Assembly: GCA_965203465.1 (NCBI GenBank)
Contig: CBDBCR010000003.1
Location: 384,001-448,000 of the forward strand
Source: Nitrosopumilaceae archaeon
Lineage (GTDB): Archaea > Thermoproteota > Nitrososphaeria > Nitrososphaerales > Nitrosopumilaceae
Length of the DNA: 64,000 nt
Direction of reading: 5' to 3'
Shown here: one piece after another, positions 9,700-19,430 of the stretch
Layout of the letters: every line of letters begins with the position of its first letter
Position numbering within the stretch: the stretch's first letter is position 1
Position numbers and translations under genes: made by a program
The notes under the pieces: model-generated
What the model was told of the DNA's origin: nothing
What the model saw: only the letters and a program-made list of their open reading frames with translations
The model's database searches: none

Positions 9700-10431
9700 G
9701 TGAAGATAGAAGAGTACCTCGGCTCGCTCCCGCCCGGCGCGCTGAGCGGCGACGATGCCGACCTCCCCGATTCGGCGTACAGGGACGCCTTCGAGCTGGC
9801 CGGCTTGGCCCGGGGCGAGCTGTTCTGCCACCTCGGGTGCGGGCGCGGGCGCGGCGTGCGGCTGGCCGTCTCGGAGTACGGCGCGCGCGGCTTGGGCGTC
9901 GATTCGGATCCCGCCAAGATAGAGGCCGCGCGCGGCTCGTGCGAGGCGCGGTGGGCCTGCGCCGACGCGGCCTCGTACAGGTGGCCCGGGCCGGACGTCG
10001 TGCTGCTCTGGTTTTCGGATCAGGGCGTCGTGCGCGCGGCGGCAGAGATGGCCGCGCGCCTGCCGGCCGGCTCGCGCATAGTCACGCTCGCAGAGCCGCT
10101 GCCCGGCGCGATGCCCGAAAAGGTCGAATACCCGTACATACTCCACAGGACGCCGCTGGCGCCGGCCTCGCTGCGCGAGCAGTTCGAGGCGGTCTTCGGG
10201 GCGCGGTGCATGGACTTTGTCACCGCGTGGGAGCACGCCGAGAGGTACTCCAAGGCCGTCTCGGGCGGCGCCGACCGCTTCCTGACCATAATGCAGTCGG
10301 TGCTGATGTGGATAAACGCTAGCAACATGGGCCTGGCCTGCAGCGAGCAGATGCCCGAGCCGGTCAGGGCGTACTCGCAGATACTCCGGCACCACTTCGG
10401 CATAGACGTGGACCACCTGCTCGAGCCGTAG
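9700..10431 (+). CDS. SAM-dependent methyltransferase-like protein
   Basis: FCHLGCGRG motif I variant followed by GLGVDSD. Confidence 0.75.
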   Translation: MKIEEYLGSLPPGALSGDDADLPDSAYRDAFELAGLARGELFCHLGCGRGRGVRLAVSEYGARGLGVDSDPAKIEAARGSCEARWACADAASYRWPGPDVVLLWFSDQGVVRAAAEMAARLPAGSRIVTLAEPLPGAMPEKVEYPYILHRTPLAPASLREQFEAVFGARCMDFVTAWEHAERYSKAVSGGADRFLTIMQSVLMWINASNMGLACSEQMPEPVRAYSQILRHHFGIDVDHLLEP

Positions 10432-11035
10432 ACTGGCGGCGCCGTTTCGACTCGGCTGCGCGCGGCCCGGCCGATCGGTTTTGCGGGCACGGGAAAGCGC
10501 GCAGATCCACGCGTGCGCTAGCCCCGTCCCGTCAAGGGTTTGCGGCCCCAGGCCGCGCGGGCTGCCAAGCAGTGTTCCGGCTACGCTAGACGTAGACTCG
10601 GCGAAGGATCGGGGGCAAAACCGCGGAATGCGGCCCAGAAATCCGGCGGGCGGTGCGAGGCGGATCGGGTGCAAAGGCCGCATCGCGTGCGGATCTTCAG
10701 CACCGCGCATAGATCGTAAAGCGGCGCCGGCGGCCGTTCCCGAGGCGCCGCGGCCGCGGTTGATCCAGCGCGCGACGTGCGTCGGCTGATCGAGCGTCGG
10801 GAGGCGCGGAATCGACCGGCGCGTCAAAAAAGACACGGCGGAGGCCCGGCGTGCCGGCCGCAGCCGGCTCTGCGAAACGCGGGCACCGGACGGGCGGGAC
10901 GGCGGATCCGTTCCCCGAGTTCCGAAAGCGCAGAAATCCGCCCCGGGCGTTTCGGCGCATTCGCGCGGCGTCTGCCGCCGGCCTGCCCACTATGCCGGGC
11001 CAAGCCTTTTATCGCCAGCGGCCCAACGGCCCCCG

Positions 11036-11383
11036 TTGGAAGGCAGGCTCAACATCAACGTCTCGGCCGTCGACTACGAAAAGACGCGCGCGGCGCTCTC
11101 CAAGGTGCTCTCCCTGCTCGAGCAGAGGGTGCGCGCCGAGGACGCCTTTGCGGCCACGGACTCCGAGTTCGCCTTCGGGTGGCACTTTTTCGTGGTCAGC
11201 GTGCGCAGGGACTTGGTGTGGGGCCTGGCCGAGCAGATGGGGCCCGACTTTGACAGGCTAAAGGGCAAGACCGTCGAGGACAAGTTCATCTCGTGGCTCC
11301 ACGGCCAGGCCAAGGCCGGCTCGCCGCGCTTCAAGATGGACGTAAAGGAGCGCATGGAATCGAGCAAATTCGGCATTTTTTGA
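11036..11383 (+). CDS. Hypothetical protein, 115 aa
   Basis: Clean ORF with TTG start about 25 nt after a TTTTAT box; typical codon usage. Confidence 0.75.
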   Translation: MEGRLNINVSAVDYEKTRAALSKVLSLLEQRVRAEDAFAATDSEFAFGWHFFVVSVRRDLVWGLAEQMGPDFDRLKGKTVEDKFISWLHGQAKAGSPRFKMDVKERMESSKFGIF

Positions 11384-11422
11384 CAAGGGTTAAAATGCCA
11401 GTCCCCCCGCCTACCCGCCGGA

Positions 11423-13564
11423 TTGCGGCACTTTGTACCGATCGCCCTGCTGGCCCTCGCCCTGCCGGCCGCGTACGGCGCGGCCTGGGACAGCGACGGC
11501 GACGGGATACGCGACGGGGCAGACCTGTGCCCCAACCTGCCCGAGGACTACGACCCGCAGTACGGCTCGGTGGACGACGGGTGCCCCGGCGGGTTCGTCC
11601 CGTGGTACGACGCCGACTATGACGGCATACAGGATCACCGCGACTCGTGCCCGACGGTGCGCGAAAACTACAACCGCTACATGGATCAGGACGGGTGCCC
11701 CGACACGGCGCCCGGCGGCGGAAGCTCCGGGCTGCCGGACCGCGACGGCGACGGCTTCATAGACACGCTGGACGCGTGCCCCTCGGCGCCCGAGACATTC
11801 AACGGCCTGGACGATTCCGACGGGTGCCCCGACCAGGTCTCGCTCGGCGACTCTGACCGCGACGGGATATCCGACGGGGCCGACGCGTGCCCCGAGGCGC
11901 CCGAGACGCACAACCGCTTCCAGGACGCGGACGGGTGCCCCGACAGCGCGCCCCTCGAGGGCGCCGCGTTCGAGTTTCCCGATTCGGACGGCGACGGGAT
12001 AATCGACAGGTTCGATTCTTGCCCGGGCGTCGCCGAAAACCTCGACGGGTACCTGGACTACGACGGGTGCCCCGAGGAGGCGGCCCTTGCCACCGGCGTG
12101 CCGCAGGATTCGGACTACGACGCCATACCCGACTCGTCCGATCGGTGCCCCGACGAGCCTGAAAACTACAACAAGTACCAGGATCAGGACGGGTGCCCCG
12201 ACGCGCCGGACGTCTCCACCGACAGCGACACCGACGGCGACGGGATAGGCGCAGGCGACGTGTGCCCCAACAGCCCCGAGACGTACAACCGCTACCTCGA
12301 CGGCGACGGGTGCCCCGACCAGGTGGGCGGCAGCCCGGGCAGCCCCGACACCGACGGCGACGGGATAATCGACGCGATGGATCTGTGCCCCGGCGCCGCC
12401 GAGGCGTACAACGGGTTCCAGGATGCCGACGGGTGCCCCGACGAGTACGCGCTGCTCGGCGATTCGGACTTTGACGGCGTCCCCAACTCGGCCGACGCGT
12501 GCCCGCTCGAGCCCGAGACGTACAACCGCCACCAGGACGCGGACGGGTGCCCCGACGAGCTGGAGGCGGCGGCCTCTTCGTACGAGTTCCCCGACGGCGA
12601 CGGCGACGGGATAGACGACCGCTGGGACAGCTGCCCCGGCGAGGCAGAGGACGCCGACGGGGTCTTCGATCTGGACGGGTGCCCCGAAAAGGACGGGATA
12701 GTCGTGCCCAGCCCGTCGGACGCCGACTATGACACGATACCGGATTCGGCAGACGTCTGCCCGCTGGTCGCCGAGAACTTCAACGGCTTCCAAGACGCGG
12801 ACGGGTGCCCGGACCGCGGTTCGGCGCCGTCGCTGGGCGACGCCGACTACGACGGCGTGCCCGACGGCGCCGACGCCTGCCCGCTGGCCAGGGAGACGTA
12901 CAACAGGTTCCAGGATGCCGACGGGTGCCCCGACTCCGCGGAGGGCGGCCCGTGGGTGCCCGACACCGACGGCGACGGGACAATCGACGCGAGGGACCTG
13001 TGCCCCGGCGCACCCGAGACGTACAACGGGTTCCAGGATGCCGACGGGTGCCCCGACTCGCTGCAGGGCGGCCGCGACTCCGACTCTGACGGGATACCGG
13101 ATCCGGACGACGCGTGCCCGCTCGAGCCCGAAAACTACAACCGCCACCAGGACGCGGACGGGTGCCCCGACTCTACGCTGCGCGACCGCCCCGTCTTTGA
13201 GTTTCCGGACGGCGACGGGGACGGGATAATCGACAGGTTCGACTCTTGCCCCGGCGCCGCCGAGACGCCCAACGGGTACCTGGACACGGACGGCTGCCCC
13301 GACGAGCCGGCCTCTGACGCGGGCCCGCCCGTCTCGAGGGACGCCGACGGCGACGGGATACCCGACACAGACGATTCGTGCCCCAACAGCCCCGAGACGT
13401 GGAACAAGTACCTAGACACGGACGGCTGCCCCGACTCGTTCCCCGAGCAGTCGCGCTTCGTCCACGATACTGATCTGGACGGGATACTCAACGACGCGGA
13501 TCTGTGCCCCGCGGAGCCCGAAGACTACGACGGCGTCGGGGACGCCGACGGCTGCCCCGAATGA
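11423..13564 (+). CDS. Secreted thrombospondin type-3 (Ca-binding) repeat protein, copy 1
   Basis: Signal peptide followed by about 18 DxDGDGIxDxxDxCP..ExYN..xDxDGCPD units. Confidence 0.92.
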   Translation: MRHFVPIALLALALPAAYGAAWDSDGDGIRDGADLCPNLPEDYDPQYGSVDDGCPGGFVPWYDADYDGIQDHRDSCPTVRENYNRYMDQDGCPDTAPGGGSSGLPDRDGDGFIDTLDACPSAPETFNGLDDSDGCPDQVSLGDSDRDGISDGADACPEAPETHNRFQDADGCPDSAPLEGAAFEFPDSDGDGIIDRFDSCPGVAENLDGYLDYDGCPEEAALATGVPQDSDYDAIPDSSDRCPDEPENYNKYQDQDGCPDAPDVSTDSDTDGDGIGAGDVCPNSPETYNRYLDGDGCPDQVGGSPGSPDTDGDGIIDAMDLCPGAAEAYNGFQDADGCPDEYALLGDSDFDGVPNSADACPLEPETYNRHQDADGCPDELEAAASSYEFPDGDGDGIDDRWDSCPGEAEDADGVFDLDGCPEKDGIVVPSPSDADYDTIPDSADVCPLVAENFNGFQDADGCPDRGSAPSLGDADYDGVPDGADACPLARETYNRFQDADGCPDSAEGGPWVPDTDGDGTIDARDLCPGAPETYNGFQDADGCPDSLQGGRDSDSDGIPDPDDACPLEPENYNRHQDADGCPDSTLRDRPVFEFPDGDGDGIIDRFDSCPGAAETPNGYLDTDGCPDEPASDAGPPVSRDADGDGIPDTDDSCPNSPETWNKYLDTDGCPDSFPEQSRFVHDTDLDGILNDADLCPAEPEDYDGVGDADGCPE

Positions 13565-14319
13565 AGGTGCTGTACGCCGCGGCCCCGGCCGCCGCCTTCC
13601 TGCTGATACTGGCAAACGCGCTGTACGGCCACTCCGTGTTCGGGGCCTCGCACCCCGAGGCCATCGCAAAGTACTCGGTGTACGTCCACCTGCGCGAGGG
13701 GTGGGCGAGCCACCCCGGCAGCCTGCTCTTCGAGGTGACCGACGTGTGGGGCGGCGAGGGCGTCGACCTGTACTACGAGTCGGGCCAGCCGCCGCCCCTC
13801 GAGGAGCACAACTACAACAGGGTCGGCGACGTGGGCGGGCGGGAGTTCGTCGAACTGAAGCACCGCTTCAGCGACTGCAGGGCCAGCTGGCAGCCCATAC
13901 TGTACAGGTACGCCCTCGACACGGTGCGCAACGCCTACGAGGCCGCCGGCGGCGCCTCGGCCGCGCACCCGTACGCGCTCATGTACCCCGACGTGCCCGG
14001 CTCACCGCCGGGCGCGCAGGCAAGGTACGTGCAGTACGTGCCGGTCTGCGGCGGCGGCCCCTCGTACGAGTACAGCGTCCGGACCGACGATCCGTCCGCG
14101 CCCGTCGACGTGGTCTTTGCGCGCAGCGGGGAGGGCCTCGAGGAGGCCGCGCGCGGCGCGCCCGTCCCGGACGCCTACGAGGGGTGCTCGGCCGAGGCGC
14201 GCATCAGCTACAGCGGCGTGTGCGAGGGCGTCTCGGGCGGCGGGCTGCTCGTCTCGGTGCCCGACTCGACGGGCCGCGCGCTGGCAAAGATAACCGTGAA
14301 CCTGCGCGAGGTACCCTAG
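13561..14319 (+). CDS. Hypothetical secreted/membrane-anchored protein coupled to TSP3 copy 1
   Basis: ATGA overlap with the TSP3 stop; hydrophobic N-terminus MKVLYAAAPAAAFLLILANAL; several Cys. Confidence 0.75.
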   Translation: MKVLYAAAPAAAFLLILANALYGHSVFGASHPEAIAKYSVYVHLREGWASHPGSLLFEVTDVWGGEGVDLYYESGQPPPLEEHNYNRVGDVGGREFVELKHRFSDCRASWQPILYRYALDTVRNAYEAAGGASAAHPYALMYPDVPGSPPGAQARYVQYVPVCGGGPSYEYSVRTDDPSAPVDVVFARSGEGLEEAARGAPVPDAYEGCSAEARISYSGVCEGVSGGGLLVSVPDSTGRALAKITVNLREVP

Positions 14320-15329
14320 CGGCCTATCCAGCCCACGCGCCTGAAAAAGGCGAACATGACGGCCGCCGGCACCGCCGAGGCGAGCAGTATGGACACGAAC
14401 GCCTGGTGCTCGCCGAGCGGCCCGCCCCCCGAGGCCCCCGGCAGGCTGACGTTCATGCCGTAGAACGTGCCTATGACCGTGGAGGGTATGGCAAGCGTGA
14501 AGATTATCGTCAGGGCCGCTAGCACCTTGTTGGTCTTTTCGGTGCTGAGCATAAAGTCGGTGTCCTTGTATATCTCCATGGTCTCGCGCGACTCTTCGAG
14601 GGATTCTATTACCTTGTCTATGTGGTCTATGACGTCGTCGAAATACGGGCCCAGGTCCTTTTCGCCCGAGCCGGAGAACTCCTGCGCGCGCTGGCCCATC
14701 TCCACGACGAACCGCTTGAGCGGGTTGACTATGCGGCGCAGCATGTTGATCTCGCGCCGCAGTATCGATATGCTCCGCGCCGACGACTTTGACTCGTCAA
14801 AGACGCCGTCCTCGATGTCGTCGAGGTTGGCGATTATGCGGCGCGAGGTGTGGAGCAGGTCGTCTACGAGCACGTCGATTATCTCGTGGAGCAGGATGGC
14901 CGGCGAGCCGCCCATCAGGCGCCGCCCGCGCTCGGGGTCGGCCGAGCCCTTGCACGCCGAGATGAGATCGACTAGCGGCCGCAGGTCCCCCTGGTGTATG
15001 GTGACGAGGAACCCGGCGCCCATGAAGACGGACAGCTGGCTGTAGCGCTGCGAGCTCTTGGAGGCCAGCGGCGGAAAGTGGAGTATCACGAAAAAGTGGT
15101 CGCCGTACCCGTCGAGCTTGGGCAGCTCGAATTTCGTGAGGCAGTCCTCGACGTTGAGCTCGTTGAGCCCGTGGCGGGCCGCCATCTCCTCTACGTCGCG
15201 CCTGTCGGGGTTCTGCATGTCGGTCCACGAGAACCGCTCGCCCTCGATCACCTCGGTGCGCCGCGCCACCGGCGGCTCGCTGTGGTGCCTGCGCCCCGCG
15301 AGCAGTCGCTTTGTGATCCCCGGCTTCAC
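14316..15329 (-). CDS. corA: CorA family Mg2+/Co2+ transporter
   Basis: YGMN signature between two C-terminal TM helices. Confidence 0.93.
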   Translation of the reverse strand: MKPGITKRLLAGRRHHSEPPVARRTEVIEGERFSWTDMQNPDRRDVEEMAARHGLNELNVEDCLTKFELPKLDGYGDHFFVILHFPPLASKSSQRYSQLSVFMGAGFLVTIHQGDLRPLVDLISACKGSADPERGRRLMGGSPAILLHEIIDVLVDDLLHTSRRIIANLDDIEDGVFDESKSSARSISILRREINMLRRIVNPLKRFVVEMGQRAQEFSGSGEKDLGPYFDDVIDHIDKVIESLEESRETMEIYKDTDFMLSTEKTNKVLAALTIIFTLAIPSTVIGTFYGMNVSLPGASGGGPLGEHQAFVSILLASAVPAAVMFAFFRRVGWIGR

Positions 15330-15419
15330 GGGGCCGCGGCCCGCATGTTCAAATTTAAAGCGATCGCGCGCCGGCGGCCCTGTCCGGCGGTTCCGCGCAT
15401 CCGTGCCTGCGCCGGTTTG

Positions 15420-18400
15420 TCAGGACGCCCGTGCGGCCGGCCCCGCGCCGTTCCAGTGCGGGTAGGACATCCTCAACATCGGCTTTATTCTCTTGCAAAG
15501 GGCTTCGACCCTGGGATCTTTTGATCTGCGCAGCGTCTCCCAGATCTCGCACGCCTCGTCCGGCACGACGCTGCCCTCGTGCTTGGGTATGAGGACGGCC
15601 AGGCACTCGGCGACTTGCAGCGGGAAGCCCTCGGCGTACTCGGCGAGCTTGTACACAGGGTCGTACGCCGTGTTGATCTTGCCCGGATACTGCGTTATGT
15701 GGTCGCGGTACAGTGTTATGGCCTCCTCGTCGTCCAGCGGAGTGCTTGTGAACCACGCGTCCAGGTTGTGGCTTTTCAGAGAGGGGTGGCGCCACAGGCC
15801 GGCCAGCCTCGCCCTGTTGAAGTCGGGATCGTCGCGCTTGCCCGCCAAGACGGGGCCGGCCTGCTGCACGCAGAGCCCCACCGCCGCTGGATCGTTTTTT
15901 TGCAAGATTCGCTCCACGATGGCGTCCGCGTGCTCGAGATCGTAAAAAATACGCCAGCATGACGTGCCCCGCTGTCGCCTCTTGCATTCGGGCCAGATCC
16001 GGGTTTTGCAGGACGGGCCCGTCCATGAATTCGCCGTACCACCCCGCGAGATCCTCAAACGCGTACGAGTACATTTGATTTCCCGAGACGTATCCGTCCC
16101 AGAACGCCATCTTTGTCTTTGCGCGCGGCGTTATCCTCGGGGGCAGGCGCCTCGCCCACTCTTGATCCAGGGTAGTAAAGACCGGGCAGGAAGATTCCCA
16201 GAACCGCGTGGCGGGAAGCCGTGTGGTCGTCGCCGTCCAAGTACTCGTCAAAGATCAGTTTTGCCTCCGGCACCAGGGCCAGGCTTTCGTCGTGCGTCTT
16301 GCACCACGAGGCGTAATGATACACCGCGTGGAACGATGTCCCGTTGAGATTGTTTAGGGACATGTCCAGCGCGCCGGTCCTGCCCGGATATTCGTATTCC
16401 CTGTCGGCGGCGCCGATTCTCACCAAATCCTCCAAGACTCCCCGCGCCTCGTTTCTCAGGCCGTAGTCCACCGAGTTTTCCTTGAATCCGCCCTCCACCA
16501 GCCAGAACAGGGGCAGCAGCGCCGACCGCAGAGACTCCTTTTCGGGCGCCGACTCGCCCAGCCGTGCGCGGTTCTGCTCGAACCGTCGCACAACACCTTT
16601 GATCAGATGCAACACGCCGCCCCACTCTATGCGTCCGCCGTCCCTGGCGGCCTCGCGCAGGCCCAAAAACAGGCCGCGCTGGATGTGGGGGTGGGCCGAG
16701 CCGAGGCCGAGCGCCCTCTTGGAGCATTCCGACGGGTTGTCCCTCACGTATTCCTCGAACGCCTCTGCCATGTCTTTGGACAGGAAAGGGTCGGGAGGCT
16801 CGTATTCTTTCACGAGGTCAAAGACATCGCCGGGGCTCTTGCCGTCAAAGTCCAGATCCGCCACCAAGGCGGCGCCTCGAGTCCCGTCCATTTGTTGTAG
16901 AGATTCCGGCACGCTTTTTTAGCGTTGCGGGATCCGGGTGCCCTGTGCGAGGCGCCAAGATTACGGCGCCTGCCCCGGCACCGCGTGCCCGCCTCGGAAA
17001 GGGGCTTGCGCGCCCGGATCGCGCCCGTGGAGACGAGCTAGCCCGTTTTCCGCCTTGCGCCGTCGCCCGGCGCGGGGGACGCCGTCTTCGAGAGGCGCAG
17101 GTATTCCGGGCATTCGCGCATGGTCTCAGAGTGCCACAGCACGGAAAGCGCCGCCTCGCGCCTGAACATGTCCGGAAACTCGGCATAGGCGTGCAGCTCG
17201 AGTCTGCGGTACATGCAGTGATCCCTTCCGTACAGGACTTTCATGGCCTCCGCGCCGTCTTTGCGCCGCACGGCATTGACGATGCAGTCTCGCATGCAGA
17301 TGAACAGCGACGATGTCGTCTCTGCGCGCAGGCCCGTCTCTGCGACATCCGAAAAGCAGCATTTCCTGCGCCCTTTGCCCGTTTTCCCGCCCCGCCCGTC
17401 GTGCGCGAGCGATTCGTGTAGGAGGCCGTCCAGCAGCTTTATCACGGGCAGCGGTTCTCTTTTGGCCCGCTTGGGCATTTTGTCCAGGATCCTTTCAAAC
17501 ATGAACGGATCTGTGGGCTCGGAGTGCCCGGTGCCTCCGCTAGCGGCGGGGCGGGTCTCTAATATCTCCCGGTTTAGCGCGCGGCTCATCATGCGGGCAG
17601 CTACGTCGTACTTGGAGTCTTGGACGAGTTTTTCGGCGACTTCTAGGTAGCAGGCCCGAAACTGATCCTGCCCCATGAAGCGATCCCACCCCTCCCGCAG
17701 CGCCTTTCTGCCCACCTTTTCAGCGTTTACCGTGGCGAGCAGGACGGCGCATCTGAGAAAGTCCGTGTAGACCGAGGGGTCTGTCCCCTCCGAGAACTCG
17801 CACGACAGGATGATGCCGGCTACGTCGTCGCCGCGATCCCGCGCGCATTTTTCAAGGTATATCGCCGGCGCCCACCGCTCGTAACTCCTAGGCCGGCCGC
17901 CGGTCGAAGGCGGGAGACTTTCAAAAAAACCGGCCTTTTTGAGGGGCAAAAGCCAGCCAGTCTGCACTCCGTCGATCAGGTAGGCGTTGGACGCTTGCCG
18001 TAGCAAGGCCGCGATCCTTCGCGCAGAAGCCGGGGACTTGTGCCCTATCAGCACCTTGTTCAGTTTCGGGCTCGGCACGCGCGGAAAGTTGATCGACTTA
18101 TCCAGCGCCTCTTCTACTTTGAACATGATGTCTAGCGCTTGGGCATCGGACATTCCCTCGCGGTGATGGCACACCCTGCTGAGACGGTCGTACGTCCTTG
18201 CCATCATGTCGAGCAGATGGACCACGGACCATCGTTCCTCGAGCTTGAACTTCTTTTGGAGGCATTCTCTCCTTTCCTTGATCGACTTTCCCTTGCGCTT
18301 TGGTTCCTCGTCGAATCGGGCCAGTTGATCTATCGCCTCCCTCATGGACTGCGCCAAATGCACAAACTTGTCCGGGTATTCTTCTTGTTTCAGCACGTGC

Positions 18401-18495
18401 AGCGCCCCTCGGTAAGACTCCGCAGCAATCTGGGAGTGTTTTGACAGCTGGTTGGCCAGTCTGCGCCGCAACAGCTCCCGATCTTTCGGCTCCAA
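15420..18495 (-). pseudogene. Fragmented large (~1000 aa) helical protein, possibly defence-related
   Basis: Protein-like segments continue across frames (17038..18495, 16055..16912, 15355..16251 and 15420..16058). Apparent 1-nt insertions near 16170-16172 and 15944-15949, and a stop at 17038-17040. Confidence 0.6.
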
Positions 18496-18959
18496 CGAGT
18501 CCGTCCCGCGCGCCGCCGCTTATAAGGCTGGTTCGACTGCCCGCAGGCCGCCCCGATCCTAGCGCGGGCCCCAAGCCGCCGTGCGGGCCCAAAAGTCCGG
18601 CCGACTCAGTTCAGGCGACGGGCGGGCAGTTGACCGCAGACGATGCGGGACAAAACTGCCGGATCCGGCAGGCGGGCGCCCGGTTCCGCGCGTCTTGTGC
18701 GGCCGGCACCCGGATATGGGCGCAGGCGGGTCCGCCGCAGAGCGCAGCGTCCGCCACCAGCCCGGCCAGGCGTGCAGCGCGGATCGTCGGTACCAGCGCC
18801 GAGACCGGACTGCGGGCTATCTGGGCGCGTGGTTCCCGCGCCCCGGCTGCCACTAGAGCCGCCGGCCTTTCTGTCTGGGCTCTGGTCGGGAACGGCACGG
18901 CCCGAGGCGCGCCTAGCCGGCCGCACGGGTTCGCCCGGGGCCGAAAGGCGGCCAGCACG

Positions 18960-19420
18960 GCCCGCAGCTCGTCGCGCGGGTACGCGCGGTCGCGGCTCTT
19001 GACCGGCGGCGTCTTGATCGCCCTCCAGGACAGGTCTATCTCGGCCGCTGCCAGCAGCGCCTTTACCGGCTTTATCTTGTTGGGGACGGTGTTGGGGCTC
19101 AGCCTGCCCTTTCCGACCAGCTCCTTGAGGCCCTTTACGTAGCTGCGCACGGCCGCCTTGGCCGCGTCCGGGTTCGACCTGGCCAGCCCCACGAACGCCT
19201 CGCACATGTCCTCGATGCCGCGCGACTTTGGCCGGATCCCGGCGTATTTTTCAAAGACGCCGTCGGGCACCGCCGCCATGAACGCTGCCAGGCTGTTCTT
19301 GTACACGTACTTTGTCACGTCGCTGCCCACCGACTCCATCATGTCCGAGTAGGCCGTCCCCTCCATGGAAGAAAGATCTATCTCCACGGCTCCGCACGGT
19401 TTCCGTTCCTGATAAGGCAC
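18960..19420 (-). pseudogene. Tyrosine integrase N-terminal fragment (catalytic domain missing)
   Basis: LSPNTVPNKIKPVKALL...DLSW...SRDRAYPRDELRAVL resembles the core-binding region and linker of thaumarchaeal integrases; the rest of the ORF is low-complexity with no R-H-x-x-R/Y. Confidence 0.65.
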
Positions 19421-19430
19421 TAAAGCCGGG

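Noticed and set aside
10432-11035. 600-bp intergenic region with an AGCCCCGTCC motif like IS200/IS605 ends; possible ncRNA
   Set aside because: The hairpin partner is incomplete, there is no tnpA/tnpB remnant, and no RNA family was recognisable.
11480-13560. Regularly spaced GACGGGTGCCCCGAC repeats resembling a CRISPR array
   Set aside because: They are in-frame DGCPD codons of TSP3 units; the spacers are homologous and coding, and no cas genes are present.
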